A DNA stretch of 64,000 nt from Hormiphora californensis. Taxonomy: Eukaryota > Animalia > Ctenophora. A program made the translations under genes and the position numbers. The stretch spans positions 4,216,001-4,280,000 of the forward strand of contig CM035359.1 in NCBI GenBank assembly GCA_020137815.1, given 5' to 3'. Numbering within the stretch: the first letter of the stretch is position 1; every line of letters begins with the position of its first letter. The notes under the pieces were generated by a model, which saw only the letters and a list, made by a program, of their open reading frames with translations, searched no databases and had not been told where the DNA came from. Shown in pieces: positions 35,408 through 48,900 of the stretch.

Positions 35408-36985
35408 CGGGGGTTGCGCCAGGTGTCATGACTTTGTCACCAAGATCTTTTTCTATTTAGTATTTAGTTCAACCAGGACCTCTTCAGATAGATGTTCTAA
35501 ACTGTCATTGGCCTGATCTGGCTGGGGAACGAAGAAAAACGGATCAGAAGAGTCTTCTGATCCGTTTTTTGAAGATATCTCAGCCTCTGTGAGATGGGCA
35601 TGTAGCATAAAATGAGCAACGTCACACAACAAGGAACATACATGAAAAGTAGAGGATTTCCTGGCTGGGGAACGAAGCTACTTGACGACTTGTGTTAGGC
35701 TAGCCTTCCCTGCCAGGCCAATGCTAATATGCTATGAAGTCTGACAGCACCTTCCTCAAGAAGAAGTTCTTGCTTTATAAATAATACTCTCACAATTGAT
35801 GGCAGAATGATTGCAATAATCCCCACTGCCATCAATGCATTGATTCATTGGTGGCCTCTGGCCAGACATGTATGGATGACAAGCGTGTCTCAATTGATGA
35901 TGCTGTTACAAGTGCTACACCTCCAAATTAGTATATAGCGATGATGTAACATTAATTTCCATCTGAAAATCACACAATTGTGCTGCTCTCGCCGAGTCTG
36001 ATCTCGGTTTAGTGCACCACTATATCACACTCACAGTCGAACGTGCACGGGAAAAGTGCCTTGTCTAGCCCTTTGTCTAAGTCGGTCAAATACTCTTTCA
36101 AGCTCTGTTTACTGTCCTTGACTTGGATAATTTATCAAGTTCTTATGATAAACAGCTTGTTCATATCATGATATGAACAAGCTGTTTAATTTGTTAATAT
36201 CTAACTGGTATATATGAAATGATATATCGCGTACTATAACGAGTGTGATCACATGGAGTGAATCTTAAAAGAGATTGCTCATGATACAGATCTGAATTCA
36301 GAGTGGGATCTTGTTAAAATGGAAGGATACAAACTCTCTCGAATGCACACACTTCTATCTCTTCAATCTTCTTGTACACTCAAGCATACGGCTCATCTGA
36401 GCATGTGAGACTAGCCCCCCCCCCCTTATCCATTCCTCATTCATCTCTGCTGTGTGAGTTTTATAAAAAATATACACATTCTATTGTCTTGTCGAGTCGA
36501 AGTTCAGTTACGATCAGGGATACTTATTACTTAAATTTTTAGCAATTATCATCTCGGCCGTTTGTTTTGAGAACCATATGTCATCTTGATTCACTATAAT
36601 TACACCTTGATCTCGAAGAATCCTTTGAGGTACGTGTTAGCAAGCACTTTGTACAACACTCCCTCGGCTGTGTGAAACTGTTCTTTATAACGTAATTATA
36701 CAAGAAAGAATTGGTATGCAGTTGATCATGGTTTAGTAGTTAGATAGATGTTCTAAACTTTTCAACACAATTTTAAATAAATTAATTTGATCATTGGTAG
36801 TAGATTAACTTGATTGTATGAGCACTCATTGAGCAGTGACGACACTTATATAATATATGCACAAATATACAGCTTACATGTATATCTCGTCATCTTGATG
36901 ATTCTAACTTAACAAGCATTTTTACTCTTTCAATTTTACTTCAAGATATTTGTTAATAAGAAATTATGAATCACGAATTCATACG

Positions 36986-38315
36986 TAGTCAGGGCATATG
37001 ATGTTAGATTTTCGGCATAATTGTTATAAAGCTAATTCCACTTCTAGGAGGTCCTATTGGGTCCCTAGAACCACCAAAAAAAATGTTCGCGATTTGGTGG
37101 ATGAAGAAGTTGGGTTTCCGGGCCACGCCCTTCTACCTATGTTTTGAGCCTGAGGCAAAAAACGCCAAAACTGCGCTTAGGGGAGGAGTAGGGACAAAAT
37201 CAAGGGCACTAGAGTGTTCAGCGTCCTCGCATTAGTGGGGGTAGGTGCTGGAATTAAGTCTCTATCTTTTCTGGTTAATTGGATAATTGGATAATTAGCT
37301 CTGCGCATAGCCGTTTTTGGCCATATGGCTATAGCCATGTTAGGAAAGGAGTAGAGACAAAACCGAGGGCACTAAAGTGTTCAGCGTCCTCGAATTAGTG
37401 GGGGTAGGTGCTGGAATTAAGTCTCTATCTCATATGGTTAATTAGATAATTGGATAATTAGGTCTGGGCATAGCCATTTTTGGCCACATGGCTATAGCCA
37501 CTTAGGAATGGTTTATCGACTTTTCATTGGTGCCATTTTGTTCAGAAACAAATTTCAATCTAAGAGTTGTGGAAAAATTTAGAGCCTATCTCTTACAGTT
37601 TTGGCGTTATTTGCGGTCAAAGTATGCCAAATCAGCCGAAAATGCCAAAAAATTAGTTAATTGGCCTACTTTGACCGCAAATAACGCCAAAACGGTAAGA
37701 GATAGGCTCTAAACTTTTCCACAACTCTTTGATTGAAATTTGTTTCTGAACAAAATGGCACCAATGAAAAGTCGATAAACCATTCCTAAGTGGCTATAGC
37801 CATGTGGCCAAAAATGGCTATGCCCAGACCTAATTATCCAATTATCTAATTAACCATATGAGATAGAGACTTAATTCCAGCACCTACCCCCACTAATTCG
37901 AGGACGCTGAACACTTTAGTGCCCTCGGTTTTGTCTCTACTCCTTTCCTAACATGGCTATAGCCATATGGCCAAAAACGGCTATGCGCAGAGCTAATTAT
38001 CCAATTATCCAATTAACCAGAAAAGATAGAGACTTAATTCCAGCACCTACCCCCACTAATGCGAGGACGCTGAACACTCTAGTGCCCTTGATTTTGTCCC
38101 TACTCCTCCCCTAAGCGCAGTTTTGGCGTTTTTTGCCTCAGGCTCAAAACATAGGTAGAAGGGCGTGGCCCGGAAACCCAACTTCTTCATCCACCAAATC
38201 GCGAACATTTTTTTTGGTGGTTCTAGGGACCCAATAGGACCTCCTAGAAGTGGAATTAGCTTTATAACAATTATGCCGAAAATCACCATGAAATTGACAT
38301 CATATGCCCTGACTA
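36986..38315. mobile_element. 1.33-kb near-perfect palindromic transposon, Academ-like (TAGTC ends, 3-bp TSD ACG)
   Basis: Arms of about 630 bp around a ~30-bp loop near 37645; ACG at 36983-36985 and 38316-38318; shares internal motifs with 32281-35079. Confidence 0.85.
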
Positions 38316-38942
38316 ACGTATGAATATACTCTGCAAGTTACTGTATAAAATTAGTTTCCGATTTCACTAACACAACGCATAGTCTTCTACGCTTTTCTTT
38401 TCTATGGTTTATTTTCTATGATGATCCGTCGATCCGATAGTGAAATGGCCGATCTGCATTTCAAATATTTCAATAAGCATGCTACTTATTGGGATCACCA
38501 CTTTACCAGAGAACCCCCCACACTTTCAGATCGAGTAGTTAAATACCCAGTGAAGTCATATACACGGGCCCCTGGTCACCCTAATAGCTGGTTCCCCCTA
38601 TAGCGGGGTCTCCCATTATCACCCAGCTCTTTGCTTCAAATTCAAATTCTTATACATATTATATAGCGGCAAGTACTTGTCTTTTATTCAAATCTGCTTA
38701 GCGTATTATTATTGTTATTGAGCTAACACACGTCAATTTGCTATGACATCCTCCTATTTAATATTAAATTAATTAAATACCTCTGTAATAATATTTGGCA
38801 GGGTCACCTATGTGATATAAATGCAATGGTTCATTACGTTGGGGAGAATGAAGAATGGCAATGATCAAATAATTCTTCTTTGCACAGGTCTCAATTATAA
38901 TTCTAACAGTTATTATGACTATAATATGTAGTATATTATATG

Positions 38943-39213
38943 ATTAGATGACTGGTTAAAATGGTCTATTACTTTTTAGTGCACGAGGCCGAAGGCCGAG
39001 TGCTCTAAATACAACAATAATGAACCGAGACCGACAGGTCGAGGTAGATTCTTTTACTTAGCTGCCGAGCCTGCGAGGCACGCTAAGTGTAACTACTGAG
39101 CGAGCCTGCGAGCTCTGTAGTTGTACTTTTGGGCCGAGCCTGCGAGGCCTAAAAGTGAAAGAATCTTTAACATTATTGTTGTGTAATAGAGCATGTAAAA
39201 GCAGTCATCTAAT
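38943..39213. mobile_element. Short unclassified element with ATTAGATGACTG inverted ends and CGAG-hairpin modules
   Basis: Homologous to the 5' part of the 40494-42659 elements. Confidence 0.6.
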
Positions 39214-39260
39214 TTTATTAGATGATTTTGGAAACAAACTGAGTGAACGAGATAAAGATT

Positions 39261-39397
<137 letters not shown>

Positions 39398-39585
39398 GGC
39401 CCCATGCGGGAGTGGTGCGTGTAGTGGACCGAGAGAGAGAGAGAGAGAAAGAGAATGTGTGTGAGAGAAAGACTCTCTCTCTCACACACATTCTCTTTCT
39501 CTCAGAGAGAGAGAGAGAGATAGGGAAAGAGAGAATCGAAGGCAGAGAGGGAAAGCAGATGCAGGACGCTCATTGGGGTGGTGCC

Positions 39586-39608
39586 ATCACGTGACGATCA
39601 CGTGACCT
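39586..39608. promoter_or_regulatory. Tandem TCACGTGAC E-boxes (CLEAR/USF-like) upstream of the adhesion GPCR exons
   Basis: ATCACGTGACGATCACGTGACC. Confidence 0.35.
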
Positions 39609-39936
39609 ATAGTTGCAGAGGGGAAGAAAAGATAAGATAAGGGTTAGGGCGTGTGCAGTTACTACTGTAGTGACGTAATGTTCACACTGTGTGCTTGTGA
39701 CTAGAAAGTGTCTAATTTTTCACATACCACTGCAACGGTATTTTACTTTATAATTACTAGTGTTTTTGCAGTGGTCTAAAATTTCACAGTACACTTTAAC
39801 CACCGGAAACGGTGCACTGTGAAAACTTAGATCACCGGTCAAAATTGTCTAATAGTAGGTAGTAATCTCAATTACCCCACACTACGAGGGTATAATTTCG
39901 TTACCTTTTTATAAAAAAATTGCAATATATTTTCAG

Positions 39937-42900
39937 TTTTGAGTTTGTTCCCAGTTGGCACCCACACTCTTCCTGCTGGATGTCTTACCTCATCCACTGC
40001 TCTAACTGGGGATTTACTGGAAACTCTGAATGAGATCGATACTAGTGAATCTTGCGGTGCGCTCTGCTTCTGGACAGACCAATGCGTTGGTTTTAACTAC
40101 GATCTAGTGAGTGAGACACATGATCAATGAGTTTCAAACTACTAATTTAAAAATCAAACCGACTCTCAATTTGAGACATTTAACTAATACCAAGCTGCTT
40201 TAGAATTCGAAGGACTGCTCCCTCTTCTCGGATATCCAATCATGTGATGCCGACAACGCTATAGTATCTGGGCATACTGGATTTGAAAACTATACAGGTA
40301 ATTTGGTAATGAAATTACCCCTCCGCGTTAATACAATATAGCTCACTGTCCGTCATACACATTTCCACCTGGAATTTCTGGGGTGAATTACAGGGGTGAC
40401 TTCGTAACTATGAACTGCAGGTAATGAAGGTTTAGAATTATCATGGGCAACAGGTTATACACATCAATAGACTGGATTATTATAGTACACTTATGTAGGA
40501 TTTTATTATGCCTATAAGTTGTACCTGAAAACTTATAACACGAGACCGAAGGTCGAGTGTTATAAGTGCAACAATAATGATCCGAGACCACAGGTCGAGG
40601 CAGATTCTTGTACTTTAGTGCACGAGCCTGCGAGTGCCACTAAGTGTAACTACCTCACGAGCCTGCGAGTGATGTAGTTTTACTTTTTGACCGAGCCTGC
40701 GAGGTCTAAATGAGGTATAAACTCTGGCCACTGGCGCGTTATTTCAGATAACTTTCTCCCAGCGCGCCGCTGGGAGAAGTTAGCTGAAGTTTATCCGCCG
40801 CTGGCGGATAAACTGGTTTAAATCACGACGACGATCCCGAGGCGGAGCCGAGGGAGAGGCGGAGGGGTTTAAACCTATAACGTGCCAGTGGTCAGAGTTT
40901 ATAGGTTATATACCCTGCTTTAGTTGTTTATTTCAAGTATTACACACCAACAAGAGAGAGAACACTAATCAAAACACTCAAAGAGGACTGAGAAATAGTT
41001 AAAACACCTCACAATTGAGTGTACACTGTTTGGTAACAGTTACTAAGCAGTTACTAAGGAAAGAGAGTGAAAGAAATAGCCTGATAAGGGGCATGTCACA
41101 CATAACACAGAGGAAGAGATAGTGAGACAAAAGGGGAGATAAAGAGAGAGTAATTGACGGAATGTGTCCTTTCTTTCTCTCCAATGTAGTGTGTAAGTGT
41201 TGCACATAGTGTTCCCTCTGTATTTTAGTAAGAACTGATCATTTACACACACTTTGAATGTTCAAAATAAATAACCTGCCAGTGGGAAATAATCTGCCGC
41301 TGGACTGGCTGTTTATTGAGAGCGCGCTAGTGGGACTGGCGGGTTATTTAAGTTAGCAGGGTATATAAGTGTACGAATCTGGGACATTATTGTTGACGTC
41401 AGGTACAACGAAAACAGGCATAATAAAATTGCATTGTAAAATTTTTTAAACAAGAGTGAGAGACACTTTAGGGCGTAACAATAGAACAAATTCATGATAA
41501 GGTAGCAGGCAGAGAAATCAGTATAAGATAAGATAACGCCTGAGATAGGTAAAGAGAGTGAGAGATTAGTGAGAGTGAGAGAGATAAAGAATGTGTGGGT
41601 CCGGGAGTTCGTAACCGTTATCTTAATCTCGATGCTGCAAGGGCGTGAGAGTGTGACATAAAGAAAGAGAGAGAGGGAGTTCGTACACGTTTATCTTTCT
41701 AACGGTTTTTAAACGTGACAGAAACAGTGGAGTTCGAAGTGCAGCAGTGTTATAAGTTTTCATGTATCACTGGGGGGTGTTATAAGTGAAAACTTATAAC
41801 ACTGGGGGGTGTTATAAGTGAAAACTTATAACACTGCCCAGTGTTATAAGTTGTACAAGCAGTGCTACCTAAAGAATTATATTATATCTCAAAATTTTAC
41901 AATGTAGGATTTTATTATGCCTATAAGTTGTACCTGAAAACTTATAACACGAGACCGAAGGTCGAGTGTTATAAGTGCAACAATAATGATCCGAGACCAC
42001 AGGTCGAGGCAGATTCTTGTACTTTAGTGCACGAGCCTGCGAGTGCCACTAAGTTTGACTACCTCACGAGCCTGCGAGTGATGTAGTTTTACTTTTTGAC
42101 CGAGCCTGCGAGGTCTAAAAGTGTACGAATCTGGGACATTATTGTTGACGTCAGGTACAACGAAAACAGGCATAATAAAATTGCATTGTAAAATTTTTTA
42201 AACAAGAGTGAGAGACACTTTAGCATAGGGCGTAACAATAGAACAAATTCATGATAAGGTAGCAGGCAGAGAAATCAGTATAAGATAAGATAACGCCTGA
42301 GATAGGTAAAGAGAGTGAGAGATTAGTGAGAGTGAGAGATAAAGAATGTGTGGGTCCGGGAGTTCGTAACTGTTATTTTGATTTCGATGCTGCAACGGCG
42401 TGAGAGTGTGACATAAAGAAAGAGAGAGAGGGAGTTCGTACACGTTTATCTTTCTAACGGTTTTTAAACGTGACAGAAACAGTGGCGTTCGAAGTGCAGC
42501 AGTGTTATAAGTTTTCATGTATAACTGGGCAGTGTTATAAGTTTTCACTTATAACACTGCCCAGTGTTATAAGTTTTCACTTATAACACTGCCCAGTGTT
42601 ATAAGTTGTACAAGCAGTGCTACCTAAAGAATTATATTATATCTCAAAATTTTACAATGACACTAATATTAGTACGCTTGACAGGATATTATAGTGTCCC
42701 TAACAGATCAGTGATTTCCGGGAGGGACACTAGGTATTTAAGTAGCTCATTTCATTCTTTTACACTCTCAATTTGTGTTCCCCAAACTACAAACATTAAT
42801 GATACAATAACAAAACAGTTATATTGTTCCTTGTTGTAGGAGTGGCCTTGGACTGGGATCTCACCGTCACCGCAGCTGGGAAGGAACTAACATCTTTACA

Positions 42901-45900
42901 GGTCCCTATTTTTAGTATTATTAATATTATGCAGGTCCCTTTCTATATATATTATAATATATGTTTAGTACACTCTCAATTGATTTCACTTTCATTCTAG
43001 TAAATAGTGCTAGTTCTGTTAACTCTTTCTACAACATTCTTGAAACTTCATAATTTGCTACTTATCTTAAAGTTCTCACTTTAAGACAATAACGATTCCG
43101 GGACTTGTCACCCGTTGAAATAGTGTATTTAAAGAACTTGACTCATATACAATTCACTGCCACTTCCTCTACTCAAAATGTGTTTCCCAATAGATTGGTT
43201 TGGAGGAAGAATCAGAACTGGAGCTGACATGTGCCCTCTCTAACGTAGAAAGATTCTTCGCCACCCCCATAACCAGGTATTTATACTAAATACTTCACAT
43301 GATAACTTTAATACTTCACATGATCTTATAACTACATACATAGTTATATAATTCAAGAAAAAACGGTGACTTTTGGGGCTACTTATAACTAAACAGTTAA
43401 CAGTTATAACTAGAAGTTCAGGTGAATAAATATCATGTGGAGCATTTACGAAAAAGGTTGTTGGTTACGTCCAATTTATCTCATGAGAGAAATAACTTAT
43501 CTTCCCTGACTTTTTATATGTCGGGGTGGTACAATATTTGAGGTGTTTAAAATTCAGTTCTAATAAAGCTGGGAGAAGAAATTTCAATGGACACTGTGCC
43601 TCAATAGAAAAATATACTTGAGCGGAAATGGAGGAAACTGAGTCAGCTTTGCTTGATATAAATGATTCAGTCCTGATTTTACCAATAGCGCGTTTCAGGT
43701 GGTTATTTAAGGGAGATGTCCAAGGTTCCTATTCAGTTGTAAATAATGGCTCAAGTTTATCCATTGCGGCTCTACAAAAGAGCAACCAAGGAATGTATCT
43801 GTGCGAGATGGTGCTGTCTAGTGATGATTCAATCACGGTCCGAGGACCACCCGTATACTTAGATGTTTGGTGTAAGTGTATATTCACATACTCTAATATA
43901 AGAGATGTAAATAGTAAATATAATTCAATAGTTTATATTTTAGTTCTATTGTTATGAAATGTTATAACATATATCTGATCAGATATGGAGAGTAATTTCA
44001 AGGGATCCCCCTCTAAGACCTCGGTGAGCGAGGGCGATGTGTTGGTTGTTATGGAGTGTACCCCACCAGACTCTAACCCTCCAGCTGTGATCAATTGGTA
44101 CAAGGGTAATCCTTCAAAGAGAGGTTAGAATTCTAAGCCTCTGATTGATAGACATCTATAGGTTAAAACTATAGGTTAAAATTCTTTATGCAGTATATTT
44201 TATCAGATCAGAGGAAAACCTTTTTCCTATTTTCAGAGTTAGTATCTGAAGTAGTAGATCTAAACTATGTGATCCGTGACAATGACCTGATTATCCTTCT
44301 CCCACAAAAAGATTCAGCAAAAGGGCTGTACCAATGCCAAGGTATGTAATTATATGGAGTCGGACCCCGGCCCGATTTACTGGACAAAACCCATTCCCCC
44401 TAGTGACCTGACGTGTAGGGTTTGGTAACATAACATACCAGGTGTCTATGTTACCAAGTGTAGGGTATTGACTATTGTGAAAACTTTGTACGTTCGCGTT
44501 TAGTTTAGACAGCTTTGATAGCTTTGATAGCTTTGATAGCTGATTATTTCGATTAAAAACGTTTAAAAAAGTAAAAACTGTCTTTATAAAAATATATTTG
44601 GTAGAGTTTTATTTCTCTCTCACCGTGTGCGACAGTTCTGGCAACTGTCATTTCTCTTTATCTCCCTGATAAAGATATCTCCAACTTAATTTATTGTAAA
44701 TTATGTAATTCTTTTTTCAGCGGAGAACCCCAAGACTGGTGCGATTGAGCAGTCGCCCTTTGCTATGCTGACAGTAACAGGAAATAGTGGAAATAATGTA
44801 AATAATGGAATTAATAAGGGATCAAGTGGCAACAATGACATCGGTAAGTTATTATTCAGGGCTCACGTTCGATATCTTATTCTCAATCTTGCTTTCTCTC
44901 ATATCACACACTATGAATTGTAACAGAAGGTAAGCGACGGACCCTTTTCGGCCGTAGTTGCATCAACTAGTCTAATTTATTATTATATTACTATGTAATT
45001 ATATTACTTATAAGTAATATAATTAGTAATATAATAACTTACACAGTGCATGTCTAACTGGAGAGTTCCTTGCATGCTAGGTGAATGCCCCGACACGCAC
45101 CCCTATCCCTACAACGCTGGTACAAAATGCTGTAAATATGGAAAAGAGAAGGAAGAGGAAGAAGAGGGGTGCGATGGAGAGGTCTTATCGCATGGAAGCA
45201 CGTGTTGCTATGGGGATGAATATGTTGCATGCCCCAGTTCTCTCTGTGGTAATTATTATTATTATTATTAGTGATTACTATTACATTGTAGCACGATGTA
45301 TTACTATACTAGCACGACCTTTCTCCTTCTGAGAAGTTTCAACTGAAAAGCATTCTCACAGTTTGAGTGAAAAAAAGATTCCCCTTGTTTTTAACGGATA
45401 GTGATGGAGACATAACAGTAGTACTCCTACAGTACGAACAAATGAAACAGAATAGAGAAAGAAAACAGAGGTTGAGTGAGATAAGATGACTGATCACCTT
45501 ATGTGGTTATCGATTATCACAAAGATCGAGTTTAACACTTTCCCACCATTTTAGACCCAGCTGGTCTGGATTGGTTTGCCAAGTATTTCCCTGCAAATGG
45601 TCTTGATTCCAGTCTTATCACCGGTAACCAGGTAATTATAGCATGCCTGTCTGGCGGCGCCAGACCCCAATTTGATTCTCACGCGACAGTGTGCTCAGAT
45701 GGGTCGCGGCGCCAGACAGTAGCATGCTGCTTCTTTTAGATAAAATGATGTTGAAATTTAGTGATGAGGTTAAACATCCCATATGAGGTTAAACATCCCA
45801 TATAACTGAACAGTGTTCAGTGAACACAGTGTGTTCAAATGAGGATATATCAGACTTCAGAGTTTTAATTATTCTCACATTTATCCGATCACCTTTCTGA

Positions 45901-48900
45901 GGAAATATCATGTAGCTGATTATCACCAACAATAACTCAAGTATAATTTCTACAGGGCCTGGTATGGGATTCAGATAGAGGAGTGTTTCAGTGTTACATC
46001 ATCACTGATAACACAGGAACAGGAGATGTCACTTGGACTGTCGGTAAGATTGGGGGGGGGGACTCAGAGCTATGTCGAAACTCTGTTTATCATGACGTGT
46101 TTATTAAACGTTTAACGTTTGTTAAACGAATGACAATTTAAAAACGGATATTATAAAACATGTCGAATTCTGCTTTGGTGCTTTACTATTCATAAACGAG
46201 AAACCATTCATGCGTTTCAATACTTGTCAAGCAGATCCCGTTTAAATCAAAATAGCTCGAATTTGATTGGCTGAAATTCGTGTCGCAACTGTCTCATGAT
46301 GTTCTGCTATCTCTCTGTCCAGTATTTTCCCAGTATAAGATCCGTTGTTAATGTTCAACGGAAGATCCACTGGCTCTTCCATAGAAAATTCAACACATTG
46401 TTATAACTGCTGTATTTTACCCAGTGATCATTTTACCATATTCGTTCAAATGATCATATCCTTCCTCTTGGACCTTGGTAAGGTGATTGTCAGAGTTTCT
46501 ATTATTCTCTCGGGGCTGACCAAATGAACCAGACGAGTATAATAATATTATTATATATAATATTATTATTAATAATTATCACAATGATCATTGCGATAAT
46601 TATTATACTCGAGTTTCGAGGATCAACCTCTTCATCTGCAGGCCCAAATTAATTTGTTTAAAGTAGTGTTGAAAAGTTTGAAACTTTTCAAGTTATCGGA
46701 TCACCCAACTTTCTAAGGTGGTACTATTTTTATTATGAGTTAAAGTTATTTTCAAAGCAGATGAGGACCTGCATACACCTGTTTTCCATCATTATCATCA
46801 TTATCATCATTACAGTCGGACCCCGATTTACCGGGATGCTCGGTGGAAAGGGGTTTGCCCGGTAAATCGGAGTGCCCGATATATCGGGGTGAAACAGTGT
46901 TGATTTCCTACATCGGAGGAAGTTTATCCTCCCGGTAAATCGGGGTTCCGGTAAATCGGGGCCCGGTAAATCGAGGTCCGACTGTATTTCACAGCTGCAT
47001 GGAAACTCAGAAAATGTTAGCAATTTCTCGGAGACTTTAGTAGCCCGGGCTACTAAAGTCTCCGAGAAATTGCTAACATTTTCTGAGTTTCCATGCAGCT
47101 GTGAAATAATGATGATAATGATAGAAAACAGAGGGGGCCCCTCTCACACGCTGTCATTGGCAGCTGACCCTATTCTCATGGATCGCGCGAGAACTGTGCA
47201 GTCAGAGCATTGGCCTGACAGCTCGATGTTAACGAATCACACATGTCATCTTATCACAGAACTTGTGAACGTTAAGATATATATATATAGGGAAGATATA
47301 TATATAGGGAAGTATAGTTACGCAGCCGTTTCAAGGAACAGTTTATATAACTTTTCATTGCGTGAGTTTATGAATTCCATGTCCAATCGGTGGTTGAACT
47401 TCAGGAGCAACGCGTTGATCTCAGGGATATGTGGTATTATTTCATTCTTCTTTTATTTTGGGTTTTTTTAACATCCTTTGACTGTTTTCCTCTGTTTGAC
47501 TGTTTTCCCCATACCCCACCGTAGCCAAATTAAGCTTTCTCAATGTGCGTGTGTAATACACACGCACATTGAGCAAGCTGTATTCACTCTCTTGAAGTTA
47601 AAACCGTTTACCTTCCTGAAAAGTCCTATTCGGGGCAAGGCGTTTTGGTTGAGATAATTTATAAACGATAGTCTGGGCCCACGAGGAGAGGGGGTCAAGA
47701 AATTAAAACTGTACTGTTGTGAGCAGCCGAGCAGGTCACGCGTGATCTTTTGGATGTCCACGATCGTGATCACGATCGCGTCGTGGACATCCAAAAGATC
47801 ATTATCATCATTGTTTCACAGCTGCATGGAAACTCACTGAGTTTAACTCAGATGATTTAGCTATTTCTCGGAGACTTTAGTAGCCCGGACTACTAAAATC
47901 TCCCAGAAATAGCTAAATCATCTGAGTTTCCATGCAGCTGTGAAATAATGATGATAATGATAGAAAACAGAGGGGCCCCTCTCACACGCTGTCATTGGCA
48001 GCTGACCCTATTCTCATGGATCGCGCGAGAACTATGCAGTCAGAGCATTGGCCTGACAGCTCGATGTTAACGAAGCATGCACATATGTCATCTTATCACA
48101 GAACTTGTGAACGTTAAGATATAGGGAAGTAGTTACGAAGCCGTTTCAAGGAACAGTTTATATAACTTTTCATTGCGTGAGTTTATGAATTCCCTGTCCA
48201 ATTGGGGGTTGAACTTCAGCTGTGCAACGCGTTGATCAGAGGAAAATGTGGTATTATTTCATTCTTCTTTTATTTTGGGTTTTTGTTAACATCCTATTCT
48301 TTCGGAGCCCCGTATTAATCCGCTGCCTTGACTGTTTTCCCCATACCCCACCGGTAGCCAAATTGAGCTTGCTCAATGTGCGTGTGTATTCACTCTCTTG
48401 AAGTTAAAACCGTTTACCTTCCTGAAAAGTCCTTTTCGGGGCAAGGCGTTTTAGTCGAGATAATTTATAAACGATAGTCTGATGGGCGCACGAGGAGAGG
48501 GGGTCAAGAAATTAAAACTGTTCTGTTGTGAGCAGCCGAGCAGGTCACGATCGTGGACATGACATCCAAATGATCGAGAGTAACCATATCTTACATATTA
48601 TAGAGTGATTGAAACTTGGCTATTATCTCCCAAATTTGGAAGATGTATTGCCACCTTGACACCAGAAATATAAAGTGTTGTCGAAGTACTACATGAATGA
48701 ACAGCTGCCACTTAGTCGAATATAATCAAGTATAAATGCATTGCTAGACTAGCCTTTCATTAGCTATATAGATATATATCGATCAACTAGATATCAAAGT
48801 CTATACAGACACGCGTATCTTTTAGTACTAAAGGCGTGTCGTGGCCTTAAGCTTCATTTAAACGTTTTTGAATGCATCTATGAAATGTCAGGTCGAGTAA

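Noticed and set aside
35085-36400. Coding-like decayed sequence with a duplicated CTGGCTGGGGAACGAAG
   Set aside because: No open frame or diagnostic motif; possibly an old transposon remnant, unassignable.
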